Assembly: GCA_963422735.1 (NCBI GenBank)
Contig: OY730476.1
Location: forward strand, 672,001 to 736,000
Source of the DNA: Candidatus Latescibacterota bacterium
GTDB lineage: Bacteria > Latescibacterota > UBA2968 > UBA8231
DNA length: 64,000 bases
Direction of reading: 5' to 3'
A model generated the notes under the pieces. The model was given only the letters and a program-made list of their open reading frames with translations, made no database searches and was not told where the DNA came from. Shown here piece by piece: positions 10,713 through 20,212 of the stretch. The translations under genes and the position numbers were made by a program. Positions within the stretch are counted from its first letter, which is position 1. Each line of letters starts with the position of its first letter.

Positions 10713-11939
10713 ATGCACAGCGTGATATCCGTCAGAGGAAGCGTCCTCGAACCCTTGGCCAATGGCGATTTCGTGCGCCTGTGGTTGGCCAATGGCCTTT
10801 GGTGGCAGGCTATGTGGATGGAGATGCTGGCGCTGGGGTGGCTGGCTTTGGAGCTGACCAATTCTCCGTGGTGGGTCCAGGTCATCGGCTTTTACCGAGC
10901 CATCCCCCTGCTGATTATGGGTTTGTTCGGCGCGGTGATTACCGATCGCTTTAAGCGGCGCTACATCGTGTGGACCCTGCAGTTGATCAATGTGTTGGGG
11001 ACGGGGCTGTTGGCGCTCTTGCTCTTTTGGGGACGGCTCGAACTGTGGCATTTATCGGTGGTGTCGCTGGCACTGGGGGCCTCTTGGGCACTGGATTGGC
11101 CGACCCGGCGCAGCATGGTGCCCGATCTAGTCGGCAAAGCCCGCACGGTCGATGCCATGGTGCTAGAGAATGTCATTCAGGGATTTACGCGCATTGCTGG
11201 CCCCCTAGCGGCGGGCTATGTCACAGCGGCCTACGGCAGCTTGGGTGCCCTGCTGGTGTTGGTTGGGCTGGGTACCTTGGCGCTGTTCTTGTTGGCGGGC
11301 CTCAAGACAGACTCCAAGGCACCCAGTGCAGGTACGTGGGCGGCAGGATGGGCCGGGCGACAGGGGTGGGCCAGTATGCGGGCTTCTGCTCCTATATTCG
11401 GCGTTTTTCTCATCACGATCTTTATGAATGTCTGGGCTTTTCCCTACATGAACCTGCTGCCGGTTTTCGCGCGCGACGTATTCGGCCGCGGCCCGGAGGG
11501 CATGGGGTGGTTGGGCGCGGCTAGTGGGGGCGGGGCGATTGTGGGCTTGGCCGCGGTCCAGCTAAGCCGCAGTAAGCTGAGCAACGAATGGATCTTTGTC
11601 GCCGGCTCGTTGCTATCGTGTACGGGCCTCGTCGCCTTTGCCTTGAGCGGGACCTTTGGCCTCGCCTTGGTAATGCTGTTTTGCTCTGGGCTGGGGCAGG
11701 CGGGCTTTAGCATTATGCAGAGCAGCATCATCTTGGTCGAATCCTCGGACGAGATGCGGAGCCGTGCGATGAGCACCTTGGTCGTGGCCATTGGCGTTGG
11801 CCCCTTTGGCCGCTTGCAGAGCGGGGCGCTGGCCGAGGCTTGGGGCGCACAAGGAGCCGTGGGTGTCATGGCGCTGCTGGCGGGGCTGGGGACTGTGGGG
11901 GCGGCGGTTTTGGTGCGGGGGTTTGTAGGTAGGAGGTAG
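10713..11939 (+). CDS. MFS transporter (EntS/DHA3-like)
   Basis: About 12 hydrophobic segments; motif A GAVITDRFKRR; EMRSRAMS. Confidence 0.88.
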   Translation: MHSVISVRGSVLEPLANGDFVRLWLANGLWWQAMWMEMLALGWLALELTNSPWWVQVIGFYRAIPLLIMGLFGAVITDRFKRRYIVWTLQLINVLGTGLLALLLFWGRLELWHLSVVSLALGASWALDWPTRRSMVPDLVGKARTVDAMVLENVIQGFTRIAGPLAAGYVTAAYGSLGALLVLVGLGTLALFLLAGLKTDSKAPSAGTWAAGWAGRQGWASMRASAPIFGVFLITIFMNVWAFPYMNLLPVFARDVFGRGPEGMGWLGAASGGGAIVGLAAVQLSRSKLSNEWIFVAGSLLSCTGLVAFALSGTFGLALVMLFCSGLGQAGFSIMQSSIILVESSDEMRSRAMSTLVVAIGVGPFGRLQSGALAEAWGAQGAVGVMALLAGLGTVGAAVLVRGFVGRR

Positions 11940-12023
11940 GTCTGGACACATCCCCAGTTGCACACTTTGTCGTTTCATAGAATTTATCCACCCCAGCAAC
12001 GACCTATTAAAGGAGCATGTCCC

Positions 12024-13316
12024 GTGTCCCAGTCTTTGTTCAGCGACGCCAGCCAACGGCTCGATGAAGCCCTTGATTACGCGTCCATTTCCGAGGATGC
12101 CATTGAGCGGCTCAAGTTGCCTAAGTCGAGTTTGAAAGTCTCCATCCCAGTGCGCATGGACAACGGCGAGTTACGCATTTTCCCGGGTTATCGAGTGCGC
12201 TACGACGACACCCGAGGTCCCACCAAAGGCGGCATTCGCTACCACCAAGACGTGTCCAGCGACGAGGTCCAGTCCCTAGCCTTTTGGATGACCTTCAAAT
12301 GCGCGGTGGCCAATTTGCCCTTTGGCGGCGGCAAAGGCGGCATCACGGTCAATCCCAAGGAACTGTCCCATTTAGAGCTGGAACGCCTTAGCCGGGGCTA
12401 CATCGACGCCGTGGCCGACTTCATCGGCCCGGACATCGACATTCCGGCACCGGACGTCTATACCAATAAGATGATCATGGGCTGGATGGTGGATGAGTAC
12501 AGCATTATCAAACGGCAGATCACCCCCGCGGTCATCACCGGCAAGCCCTTGACTATGGGGGGCAGTCTAGGGCGCGACACGGCGACCGCGATGGGAGCCT
12601 TTTTCGCCATCGAGGCGACTTGGCCCAAGCTCGGCTTAAGCGGCTCGCCTGCCACCACGACTGTGGCCGTGCAAGGCTTTGGCAATGCCGGAGCCATCGT
12701 CGCCGAATTGCTCTTCAATGCCGGTTACAAGGTCGTGGCCGTAAGCGACTCTAAGGGAGGCATTTATCGGCGCAAAGGACTCGATATCCCCAGCGTGCGC
12801 CAGTTCAAGGATTCGACCCGCACCCTCAAAGCAGTGTACTGCGAAGGCACGGTATGCAGCATCGTCGAGCACGAGACCATCACCAACGAGGAGTTGCTCG
12901 CGCTCGACGTCGATATCTTGGCCCCGGCGGCCTTGGAAAACCAGATCACCGAGGTCAACGCCCGCGACATTAAGGCCAAGGCAGTGTACGAACTGGCCAA
13001 CGGCCCCACCACGCCGGGTGCCGACGAGATCCTGCGACAACGAGACGTGATAGTATTCCCCGACATCTTGGTCAACGCCGGCGGCGTGACCGTGAGCTAT
13101 TTCGAGTGGGTTCAGAATCGCCAGGGTCTGTACTGGACCCTAGAGGAAGTCAACCAGCGGCTCAAGCAGATGATAGTCGAGGAGACCGAGCGCATTTGGG
13201 CCATTGCCCAAGAGCAGGGCATCGCGCCGCGCACCGCGGCGTACGTCCACGCCTTGAACCGGATCGGCGACGCAGTCCAAGCCAAAGGAACCAAAGATTA
13301 CTTCACAGATGGGTAG
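12024..13316 (+). CDS. gdhA: Glu/Leu/Phe/Val dehydrogenase (glutamate dehydrogenase)
   Basis: GPTKGGIRY, LPFGGGKGG, PAPDV, QGFGNAG, ELANGP, NAGGVTVSYFEWVQN; AAGGAG Shine-Dalgarno before GTG 12024. Confidence 0.93.
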   Translation: MSQSLFSDASQRLDEALDYASISEDAIERLKLPKSSLKVSIPVRMDNGELRIFPGYRVRYDDTRGPTKGGIRYHQDVSSDEVQSLAFWMTFKCAVANLPFGGGKGGITVNPKELSHLELERLSRGYIDAVADFIGPDIDIPAPDVYTNKMIMGWMVDEYSIIKRQITPAVITGKPLTMGGSLGRDTATAMGAFFAIEATWPKLGLSGSPATTTVAVQGFGNAGAIVAELLFNAGYKVVAVSDSKGGIYRRKGLDIPSVRQFKDSTRTLKAVYCEGTVCSIVEHETITNEELLALDVDILAPAALENQITEVNARDIKAKAVYELANGPTTPGADEILRQRDVIVFPDILVNAGGVTVSYFEWVQNRQGLYWTLEEVNQRLKQMIVEETERIWAIAQEQGIAPRTAAYVHALNRIGDAVQAKGTKDYFTDG

Positions 13317-13385
13317 GGGCGAGACCTGCTGGCTTAGGGATTAGAAAACCGGACGACCGAGGTAGTTCTAACACCCAGAGTTGGC

Positions 13386-13791
13386 CAATATTTCCTGCTC
13401 GTCTTCTTCGGCCTCGTCGGCAGCGTCTGGGCGCAAACCGCTCCAGTGCATACGCTCAGCGGATACGTCGTAGATGCCGCCAGCGGCGAGAAACGGATCA
13501 GCGCGGTCTTGTACGAGCCTGACTCTGCAGAAGGGTACCACGACCAACCGCTACGGCTTTTTCAGCCGGACTCTGCAGGTGGTCGTCTTCCACATCGGCT
13601 ATCAGAGCGATACCCTCGCAACCCGGCTCGATTAGGACATGCAGCTAACCATCGCCCTCCAGCCCACCCCTCTAGAAATGGGCACCGTGCAAGTGGAGGC
13701 CGAGCCGGTGAGTGCGTACAGCAACGTGGAAAGCGGGTACGGGATTTTCGCCGGGTACAGTTGGCAAACTTTTGAACTAGTCCTCGAATGA
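13386..13791 (+). pseudogene. Remnant of TonB-dependent receptor N-terminus joined to a DUF4249-type C-terminus
   Basis: Signal-like FLLVFFGLVGSVWAQ then TLSGYVVDAASGE. After a frameshift near 13530: KGTTTNRYGFFSRTL...HIGYQ, in-frame TAG at 13633, ...MGTVQVEAE, then PVSAYSNVESGYGIFAGYS...ELVLE-stop. Confidence 0.75.
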
Positions 13792-13847
13792 GCGCGGGGC
13801 GGAGCCGATGCGGGTGGTCCCTGCATCGGCTGGTAGCTGCCGCTGAA

Positions 13848-13876
13848 TTGACTATAGGAGGGACGGCGGCTATATT
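13848..13876 (+). promoter_or_regulatory. Sigma70-like promoter TTGACT-N17-TATATT
   Basis: TTGACT 13848-13853 and TATATT 13871-13876 upstream of ATG 13908. Confidence 0.5.
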
Positions 13877-13907
13877 GCGCGGGGTTCAAAAAGACACAGG
13901 AGACTCC

Positions 13908-14672
13908 ATGCCTACTTCAGCGATTGGCGCACAGTTGTTTACAGTGCGCGATTATACCAAAACCCCGGATGATATTCGCCAAACCTTCGCCAAAGTGCGA
14001 TCCCTCGGCTACGAGGCCGTGCAAGCCTCGGCCCTAGGGGCGATCTCGCTGGCCGAACTGGCCGCGATAAGTAAGGCCGAGGGGGTACAGATCGCTGCCA
14101 CGCACACCAGCTACCAGCGCATCTGCGACGATCCGCAGGCCGTCGTCGAGGAGCACCAGATGTGGGGGTGCCGCCACGTGGCCATCGGCGGCTTGCCCCA
14201 AGAATACCGGCACCGCGAGGGTTTTGTTCGCTTCGCGGCCGAGGCTTCGGAGGCCGCCCGTCCGCTCGTTGACGCGGGCCTAACCTTTAGCTACCACAAC
14301 CACAGTTTCGAGTTGGAGCGCTTCGAGGGGCGCACCGGGCTGGATATCCTCCGCGAGGAAAGCGATCCGGCGGTCTTTTCCTTTGAAATAGACACCTATT
14401 GGATCCAACACGGCGGCGGCAACCCGGTCTCGTGGTTAGACAGGTTCCGCGACCGCATGCACATCGTCCATCTAAAAGACCTGAGCATGGACGGCTCTAA
14501 GCAATGCTTTGCCGAAGTAGGGGAAGGGAACTTGGAATGGGGACCTATTCTCGCGGCCTGTAAAAGAGCACAGATCGAATGGTATTTGATCGAGCAAGAC
14601 ACCTGCCCGGGCGACCCCTTTGACAGCTTGGGTCTAAGCCTGCGCAACCTGCGGGCTATGGGCTTGGACTAG
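13908..14672 (+). CDS. Sugar phosphate isomerase/epimerase (xylose-isomerase-like TIM barrel)
   Basis: GAQLFTVRD, YHNHSFE, EIDTYW, HLKD, EVGEG, IEQD; AGGAG Shine-Dalgarno. Confidence 0.88.
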   Translation: MPTSAIGAQLFTVRDYTKTPDDIRQTFAKVRSLGYEAVQASALGAISLAELAAISKAEGVQIAATHTSYQRICDDPQAVVEEHQMWGCRHVAIGGLPQEYRHREGFVRFAAEASEAARPLVDAGLTFSYHNHSFELERFEGRTGLDILREESDPAVFSFEIDTYWIQHGGGNPVSWLDRFRDRMHIVHLKDLSMDGSKQCFAEVGEGNLEWGPILAACKRAQIEWYLIEQDTCPGDPFDSLGLSLRNLRAMGLD

Positions 14673-14682
14673 GAGGAAAATC

Positions 14683-15864
14683 ATGCAAGAAATTTTCGTT
14701 CCTTGGGCCGCTTGGTACGGCAAGGCTCCGTTCAAAATGGAATTTCCCGACCATTGGGAAGTGGCAGTTCATCCCATGCGAGGCGGGCCGGACATCGGCG
14801 ATGGCGGGATTCGCCGGGCACTGCAAGAGGCCATTGGTGCTCCGCCCCTGCGCGAATTCGCCCGCGGCCGGTCTTCAGCGGCCATCTTAGTTGACGACCT
14901 CTCGCGTCCCACGCCGGCTTTTCGGCTCTTGCCCTATATCCTCGAAGAGCTAGCCGCGGCCGGGATTGCAGCCGACGCCGTAAAGATCATCTGCGCGCTG
15001 GCTGCCCACCGCCCGATGACCCGCGACGATTTGGTCAAGAAGGTCGGGTTGGACATCGTCGATACCATGCAGGTGTTCAACCACAATGCCTACGAGAACT
15101 TGGAATTTTTAGGCTACTCCAGCCGGGGAGTGCCAATCTGGGTCAACCGCGATATGACCTCCTGCGAGGTCCGCATCGCTTTGGGGATGATCACGCCGCG
15201 CGGGGGGATGTTCGGCGGCGGGGCCAAATTGCTCATTCCCGGTGCTTGTGGGCAGCAGACGATTATGCTCAACCACCGCCACGTACACGAAAATTTTCGC
15301 GCACACCTATCCGAGGTGGCGAAGATGGCTGGGGTCAGTTATATCGTCAACCCACTGCTCAACGAGAACTTGGAGATCTCGGGCTTGGTCGCTGGGGATA
15401 CAGACGCAGCCTTTGATCGGGGTTGCGAGTTGGGGCGGGAACAGTATGCGACCCAAGTGCCCGACGCCTTTGACATTGGGGTGTTCAACGCTTTCCCCAA
15501 GGATACGGAACTCTGCCAAGCCGGGTTGGCCATGACGCCGTTGGGTGGAACAAAGAAAAATCCCTTCAACGAAAACTCGACCACTGTCATGTGCTCGGCT
15601 AGCCCGGAGGGGCTGGGTTGGCACTCGGTGTTAGGGCCGGGCACTGCGCTGCGGGGAAAGCCCAGCCCGCCGGCCCGGCGCACCATTCTATTTTCGCCTG
15701 GGATCAACAAGTGGGATGCGGCCCTGCTCTTTGGCGAGGGGGTTATTTTTTGCAAAACTTGGGAGGCCGTATTGAGCGAATTGGGAAAATACCACGGGGC
15801 TGGCGTGAAAGTGTCGGTCTTTCCGGCTGGTGCGCTGCAACGGGCAGCCGACGCCGGTTACTAG
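14683..15864 (+). CDS. LarA-family (lactate racemase domain) nickel-pincer racemase/epimerase
   Basis: VDDLSRPTP, AAHRPMT, GYSSRGVPIWVN, GGGAKLLIPG, NH, FPKD. Confidence 0.8.
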   Translation: MQEIFVPWAAWYGKAPFKMEFPDHWEVAVHPMRGGPDIGDGGIRRALQEAIGAPPLREFARGRSSAAILVDDLSRPTPAFRLLPYILEELAAAGIAADAVKIICALAAHRPMTRDDLVKKVGLDIVDTMQVFNHNAYENLEFLGYSSRGVPIWVNRDMTSCEVRIALGMITPRGGMFGGGAKLLIPGACGQQTIMLNHRHVHENFRAHLSEVAKMAGVSYIVNPLLNENLEISGLVAGDTDAAFDRGCELGREQYATQVPDAFDIGVFNAFPKDTELCQAGLAMTPLGGTKKNPFNENSTTVMCSASPEGLGWHSVLGPGTALRGKPSPPARRTILFSPGINKWDAALLFGEGVIFCKTWEAVLSELGKYHGAGVKVSVFPAGALQRAADAGY

Positions 15865-15927
15865 TAGGGGCAACCCTTGTGGTTGCCCCGGTCTATACGA
15901 GGAATCCCAAATTCCAAAGGAGAAAAA

Positions 15928-16704
15928 ATGCCACCGCTAGCGCGTTTTGGTCTAGAGGGCAAAATCGTCATTGTCACTGGGGCTGGCCGGGGGATTGGCC
16001 GGACGATTGCTTTAGAATGCGCCCTGTCGGGAGCGCGCGTCGCCGTTGGCAGCCGCACCACGGCCGAGTTGGAAACGCTGGCTGCGGAGATTGAGACTGC
16101 GGGCGGGATGTGCTTCTACCACCGGCTCGACGTGACGGACGTACGCTCTATCGAGCATTTTATGGCTGCGGTCGTAGCGCACTTTGGGCGGATTGACGTG
16201 CTAGTCAACAACGCCGGCTACAACAAAGTCGGCAAAATCCTCGACTACGACGAAGAGCTCTACGACTTGATCGTCGATGCCAACCTGAAGAATGTGTTTT
16301 TCTGTAGCCAGATCGCCGCGCGGCAAATGATCGCTCAGGGGGAGGGGGGCAATATCGTCAATATCTCGTCCCAAGCAGGCGTGGTCGGCGCGCCGGAGCG
16401 CGGCCCGTACTCGGGTGCCAAGGGGGGCGTCAACAACCTGACGCGGACTATGGCCGCGGAATGGGCCGAGTATCAGATACGGGTCAACGCGGTCGCTCCA
16501 ACCGTGACGCGGTCTCCGCTGGCCGAAACCGCGATGCGGGAAAGTCAGGCCTTTGCCGATGCGGTGAAGACCAAAAACCTGCTGCGCGGTGCCTTGGCTG
16601 AGCCGGAGGAAATGTCGGCACCGGTGATCTTTTTGGCGTCGGATGCCGCAGCCATGATAACCGGCCACACGCTGGTGGTAGATGGGGGATGGACTATCGT
16701 CTAG
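15928..16704 (+). CDS. SDR family NAD(P)-dependent oxidoreductase
   Basis: TGAGRGIG, NNAG, YSGAK, IRVNAVAP, TGHTLVVDGG. Confidence 0.93.
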   Translation: MPPLARFGLEGKIVIVTGAGRGIGRTIALECALSGARVAVGSRTTAELETLAAEIETAGGMCFYHRLDVTDVRSIEHFMAAVVAHFGRIDVLVNNAGYNKVGKILDYDEELYDLIVDANLKNVFFCSQIAARQMIAQGEGGNIVNISSQAGVVGAPERGPYSGAKGGVNNLTRTMAAEWAEYQIRVNAVAPTVTRSPLAETAMRESQAFADAVKTKNLLRGALAEPEEMSAPVIFLASDAAAMITGHTLVVDGGWTIV

Positions 16705-16825
16705 CTATCGCGTTGGGTGGCAGTAAGTTAATAGCTAGGCCTTATCGCAATTCCTCAAAAACCGCAGATCGCCTTTAATCCACCAAACACCCAAATTAGC
16801 GGTCGCTATGGAGTGCCTGCTGCTT

Positions 16826-17950
16826 CTACATGGGGAGCAGGCGGTCGCGGTATTGCGCTAGGCGGCCGGCGAGCATCGAGTCGAGCGCAACGGCCGAATG
16901 TGCCAACCCTGTGCCAATGCCGCGCTGGGCCACATAGACGAGGAGGCGCACCAGCCCGTTGGCGTCGTCGAGGTGGATGTACTCTGGGGCCAATTGAGTG
17001 CCCGGCCCCGAGTTGTGATAGTTGCCAAGGGGCAGCGCGACTGCGCCTGTGCGATAATCGGCCTGCATCAGCGGGGTGGCTTCGCAAGCACCGCTGTCCA
17101 TCAGCTTGCGTTGGTAGCGGAAAGAGGGCTGTTGGGAGGTCAATTCGTCGGCTAGTGCGGCCAGCCCACCGCTGATGTCCGGGTCGAAAACCCAGAGCCG
17201 GTCGCCCACCCGCAAGATCGGTCCCGCGCCCAGCACCGCCCCCGCCGCTACGCTGGAGCACTCGATATTGATGTAGAGCGCGTGCCGAGGCAAGAGGTTG
17301 GCCTCTAGCGCGGCGAGCATACCGACGAACCCAACCTCTTCGGCGCGCGTGAGCAAGACGCCGACGCGGACGGAGGCTTGGTGGCGGACTAAGGAATCCA
17401 AGACGCACAAAGCTACGGCCGCCCCGGCCAAATCGTCGATCGCCCGCCCACTCAAGCGTCGCCCCCGCACCCTAAAGGCCGGCAAATCCCACATTGCAAA
17501 GGTCCCCGGGCCTTGGAGGCTGTCGGGTGCTGCGGCTACTTCGACTAGGGGATAGTGCGCCCCTTCTTCTTCAACCGTTCGGACGATGGTCCCGGGGATA
17601 CCGCGCTGGGTAGCCGGGCGATTCAGGTCGAATATTCGCACGCCTGTCGCTAAGGCCTGCTCCAACTCGACGCCGCCGAGTATCTCGAACATCGCGCGGC
17701 CTGGCCCTAGTGATGTTCGCCACACTAAGCCAGGGTGGTCGAGGTGGGCAGTCAAGACGAGAAATTCGTCCTCCTGTTGACTCCCGCCGTCGTAGAGCAG
17801 CAAGCAGTTGCCGCAGCGGTCGTAGAGCATTTGGATTAGAGGCCGCTCGGCTGCGAATGAGCGCGCGATGCCAAAGGCAAAATGCTCGTGGAAAGGGGCT
17901 GTGGGCGCGCGGATGAGCGGCTTGGCGAGCTGGAGGAAGTCGAATTCCAT
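16826..17950 (-). CDS. M20/M42-like metallopeptidase/hydrolase
   Basis: TAHLDHPG, GRAIDDLAG, TRAEEVG, GACEAT, LGNYHN zinc-ligand pattern. Confidence 0.8.
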   Translation of the reverse strand: MEFDFLQLAKPLIRAPTAPFHEHFAFGIARSFAAERPLIQMLYDRCGNCLLLYDGGSQQEDEFLVLTAHLDHPGLVWRTSLGPGRAMFEILGGVELEQALATGVRIFDLNRPATQRGIPGTIVRTVEEEGAHYPLVEVAAAPDSLQGPGTFAMWDLPAFRVRGRRLSGRAIDDLAGAAVALCVLDSLVRHQASVRVGVLLTRAEEVGFVGMLAALEANLLPRHALYINIECSSVAAGAVLGAGPILRVGDRLWVFDPDISGGLAALADELTSQQPSFRYQRKLMDSGACEATPLMQADYRTGAVALPLGNYHNSGPGTQLAPEYIHLDDANGLVRLLVYVAQRGIGTGLAHSAVALDSMLAGRLAQYRDRLLPM

Positions 17951-18055
17951 ATCTCAGGAAAAACCCCCAAAACCCCAATGCCGTCAACTCGCATTGTCCC
18001 AATTGGTTAGGCAACTTATTATAACAAACTAGCGCGATACCGCAGGGGGCGCCAC

Positions 18056-20212
18056 TTGCTAAGACGCTTGCCGACTCACTACCTGAACCACCTCGCTGGG
18101 CGAGATCGAGCCCTTCTTTCGCCGCCTGGTACCCAGCAGCTAACCATGCGTGCGTTTTGGGTGGGGTCGTTCCTCAGCTTTTTCCTAGCCGTCGGTGCTC
18201 CGTACGGCAACATGATCATACGCGGTTCCTACATGGCCTTGGACTTCAGTACGCCGGGGGCCATTTTTTTGTTCCTAGTGCTCATCGGGTTGCTCAATGT
18301 CCTGTTCAAGGTCGCCGCTAGCCCACCGGGCGCAGTGGTTTGGGCCCTAGTTTCGTGTGCGCTCTACAGCTTCTACTATGGTTGGGCGACTCCCCTCGAC
18401 CCTTTTGCTCCGGGTTTTTTCTTTGCCACCTTCATCCTCGCCTCATCCCTGCTCAATATGGTATTGGTTTTTTCCGGGCGGAGTTTGGTCCTCAACCGGG
18501 CCGAGCTGATTCTCGTGTACGTCATGCTATTGATCGTCTCGGCTCTGTGCACCATGGGGCTGAGCGAACAAATTCTGCCGATGATCACGGCGGTGTTTTA
18601 CTTTGCCTCGCCGGAAAACAAGTGGCGGGAAGTGCTCTTTCCCCATTTTTCCGAGCGTGAGGTACTCGTCGTCGATGGTAGGGACAGCAAGTCCTTTTAC
18701 GAAGGGTTGGCACCCGGGGAGGCGATTCCCTACGCGGCGTGGGTCGAGCCTTTGTGCTGGTGGGCAATCTTTCTCTTGGCATTATACGTGACCATGGTGT
18801 CGGTCGCGGTTATCGTCCGTCGGCAGTGGATGGAGCGCGAGCGATTGCCCTATCCGATCACGCAGGTGGGGATAGCCATGGTGCGTGGTGAAGAACAGGG
18901 ACTTAAGATCAATACCTTTTTTCGTCAGCCGGTCATGTGGGCCGGTTTTATGTTGCCTATTTTTTTTGGCAGCTTGAAGGCACTGCACCGCTACGACGCG
19001 GCTTTTCCGGTCTTCTCCCTGTCTTCGTGGATTCCCTTGGTGGGCAAGCAGACCTTGCAACTGACCATCAGCTTTGCCATGGTTGGGTTTTCGTACTTCA
19101 TCAATGCCAATATCGCTGCTGGTATCTGGTTGTTCCACCTCTTGGCCAAGTTTGAAAAGGAGCTCTTCGCGCTTGCTGGCGTGACATCCGAGCAGAAGGT
19201 CGTCTTCGGCGTAGCCGACGTTTCTTTGATGGCCTACCAAGGAGTCGGAGCTTTACTGGCCATGGTCGGGGTTGGTTTGTGGGTGGGGAGGGAACATTTT
19301 CGCAATGTGTGTAAAAAAGCCCTCGGATGGGCACCAGAGGTGGAGGATGGAGATGAGATTATGCCCTATCGCTGGTCTTTTTTTGGCGTTGTGGGTGGGG
19401 TCTTGGTCATGTCGTGGTGGCTGTGGATCATGGGGACGCCGCTGTGGGTGGCGTTTGTTTTTGTCCTCTTGGCCCTATTCGTCTTTCTGGGGTTGACGCG
19501 CATTGTCGCCGAAGCCGGCTTAGCGGCCGTGCGCGCCCCGATGACGGCGCCCGACTTGGTGATCCTAGGGCTGGGGACCGATCTAGTAAGCCGGACTGGG
19601 GTGTGGAACTTGTCGTTGGCCTATATGTGGGCTGCGGATGTGCGGGTGTTCGTCATGGCGACCTGCGCCAACGCCCTCAAGCTGATCGAAGAAATGGAGC
19701 CACGGCTGCGACGGCTGGTGTTTTGGGCTATTATTCTCGCGCTCTTCATCGGGGTCCTCGGTTCGTTTTGGATGATTTTCCACATGGCCTATCAGCACGG
19801 AGGGGTAAACCTCAACAGTTGGTTTTTCAAAGGTGCGCCCGAAACCGCGTACAATAGCGCGTTGCGCAACATGGAGCCGGCGGGCGTACATTGGCCGGGG
19901 CTGGGCTTTTTGTCTGGAGGTGCGCTGGCGATGGGGGCGATGATGTGGGCGCGGCAGCGCCTGCCTTGGTGGCCCGTGCATCCCATCGGATTCCCCATTG
20001 GGGCCAACGGGATGCTCAACAACGTGTGGTTTAGCGTATTCTTGGCTTGGTTTATCAAGAAGGCGATCATGCGCTTCGGCGGAGTGGCTTTGTACCGTCG
20101 CAGTCAGGCGTTCTTTCTAGGGCTGATATGCGGGCAGGTTTCGTGTAACGGACTGTGGTTGGTCATAGACTACTTCACCGGTAAAGTGGGGAACGGCCTC
20201 TTTTGGGTATGA
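18056..20212 (+). CDS. DUF6785/DUF6784 polytopic membrane protein (OPT-superfamily-like)
   Basis: RRQWMERERLPYPI, TRIVAEAG, WPVHPIGF, RFGG...YRR...FFLGLI motifs; many TM segments. Alternative start ATG 18146. Confidence 0.75.
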   Translation: MLRRLPTHYLNHLAGRDRALLSPPGTQQLTMRAFWVGSFLSFFLAVGAPYGNMIIRGSYMALDFSTPGAIFLFLVLIGLLNVLFKVAASPPGAVVWALVSCALYSFYYGWATPLDPFAPGFFFATFILASSLLNMVLVFSGRSLVLNRAELILVYVMLLIVSALCTMGLSEQILPMITAVFYFASPENKWREVLFPHFSEREVLVVDGRDSKSFYEGLAPGEAIPYAAWVEPLCWWAIFLLALYVTMVSVAVIVRRQWMERERLPYPITQVGIAMVRGEEQGLKINTFFRQPVMWAGFMLPIFFGSLKALHRYDAAFPVFSLSSWIPLVGKQTLQLTISFAMVGFSYFINANIAAGIWLFHLLAKFEKELFALAGVTSEQKVVFGVADVSLMAYQGVGALLAMVGVGLWVGREHFRNVCKKALGWAPEVEDGDEIMPYRWSFFGVVGGVLVMSWWLWIMGTPLWVAFVFVLLALFVFLGLTRIVAEAGLAAVRAPMTAPDLVILGLGTDLVSRTGVWNLSLAYMWAADVRVFVMATCANALKLIEEMEPRLRRLVFWAIILALFIGVLGSFWMIFHMAYQHGGVNLNSWFFKGAPETAYNSALRNMEPAGVHWPGLGFLSGGALAMGAMMWARQRLPWWPVHPIGFPIGANGMLNNVWFSVFLAWFIKKAIMRFGGVALYRRSQAFFLGLICGQVSCNGLWLVIDYFTGKVGNGLFWV

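Noticed and set aside
13446-13775. 109-aa ORF as an intact gene
   Set aside because: Similarity to a TonB-receptor N-domain shifts frame near 13530; treated as part of a pseudogene.
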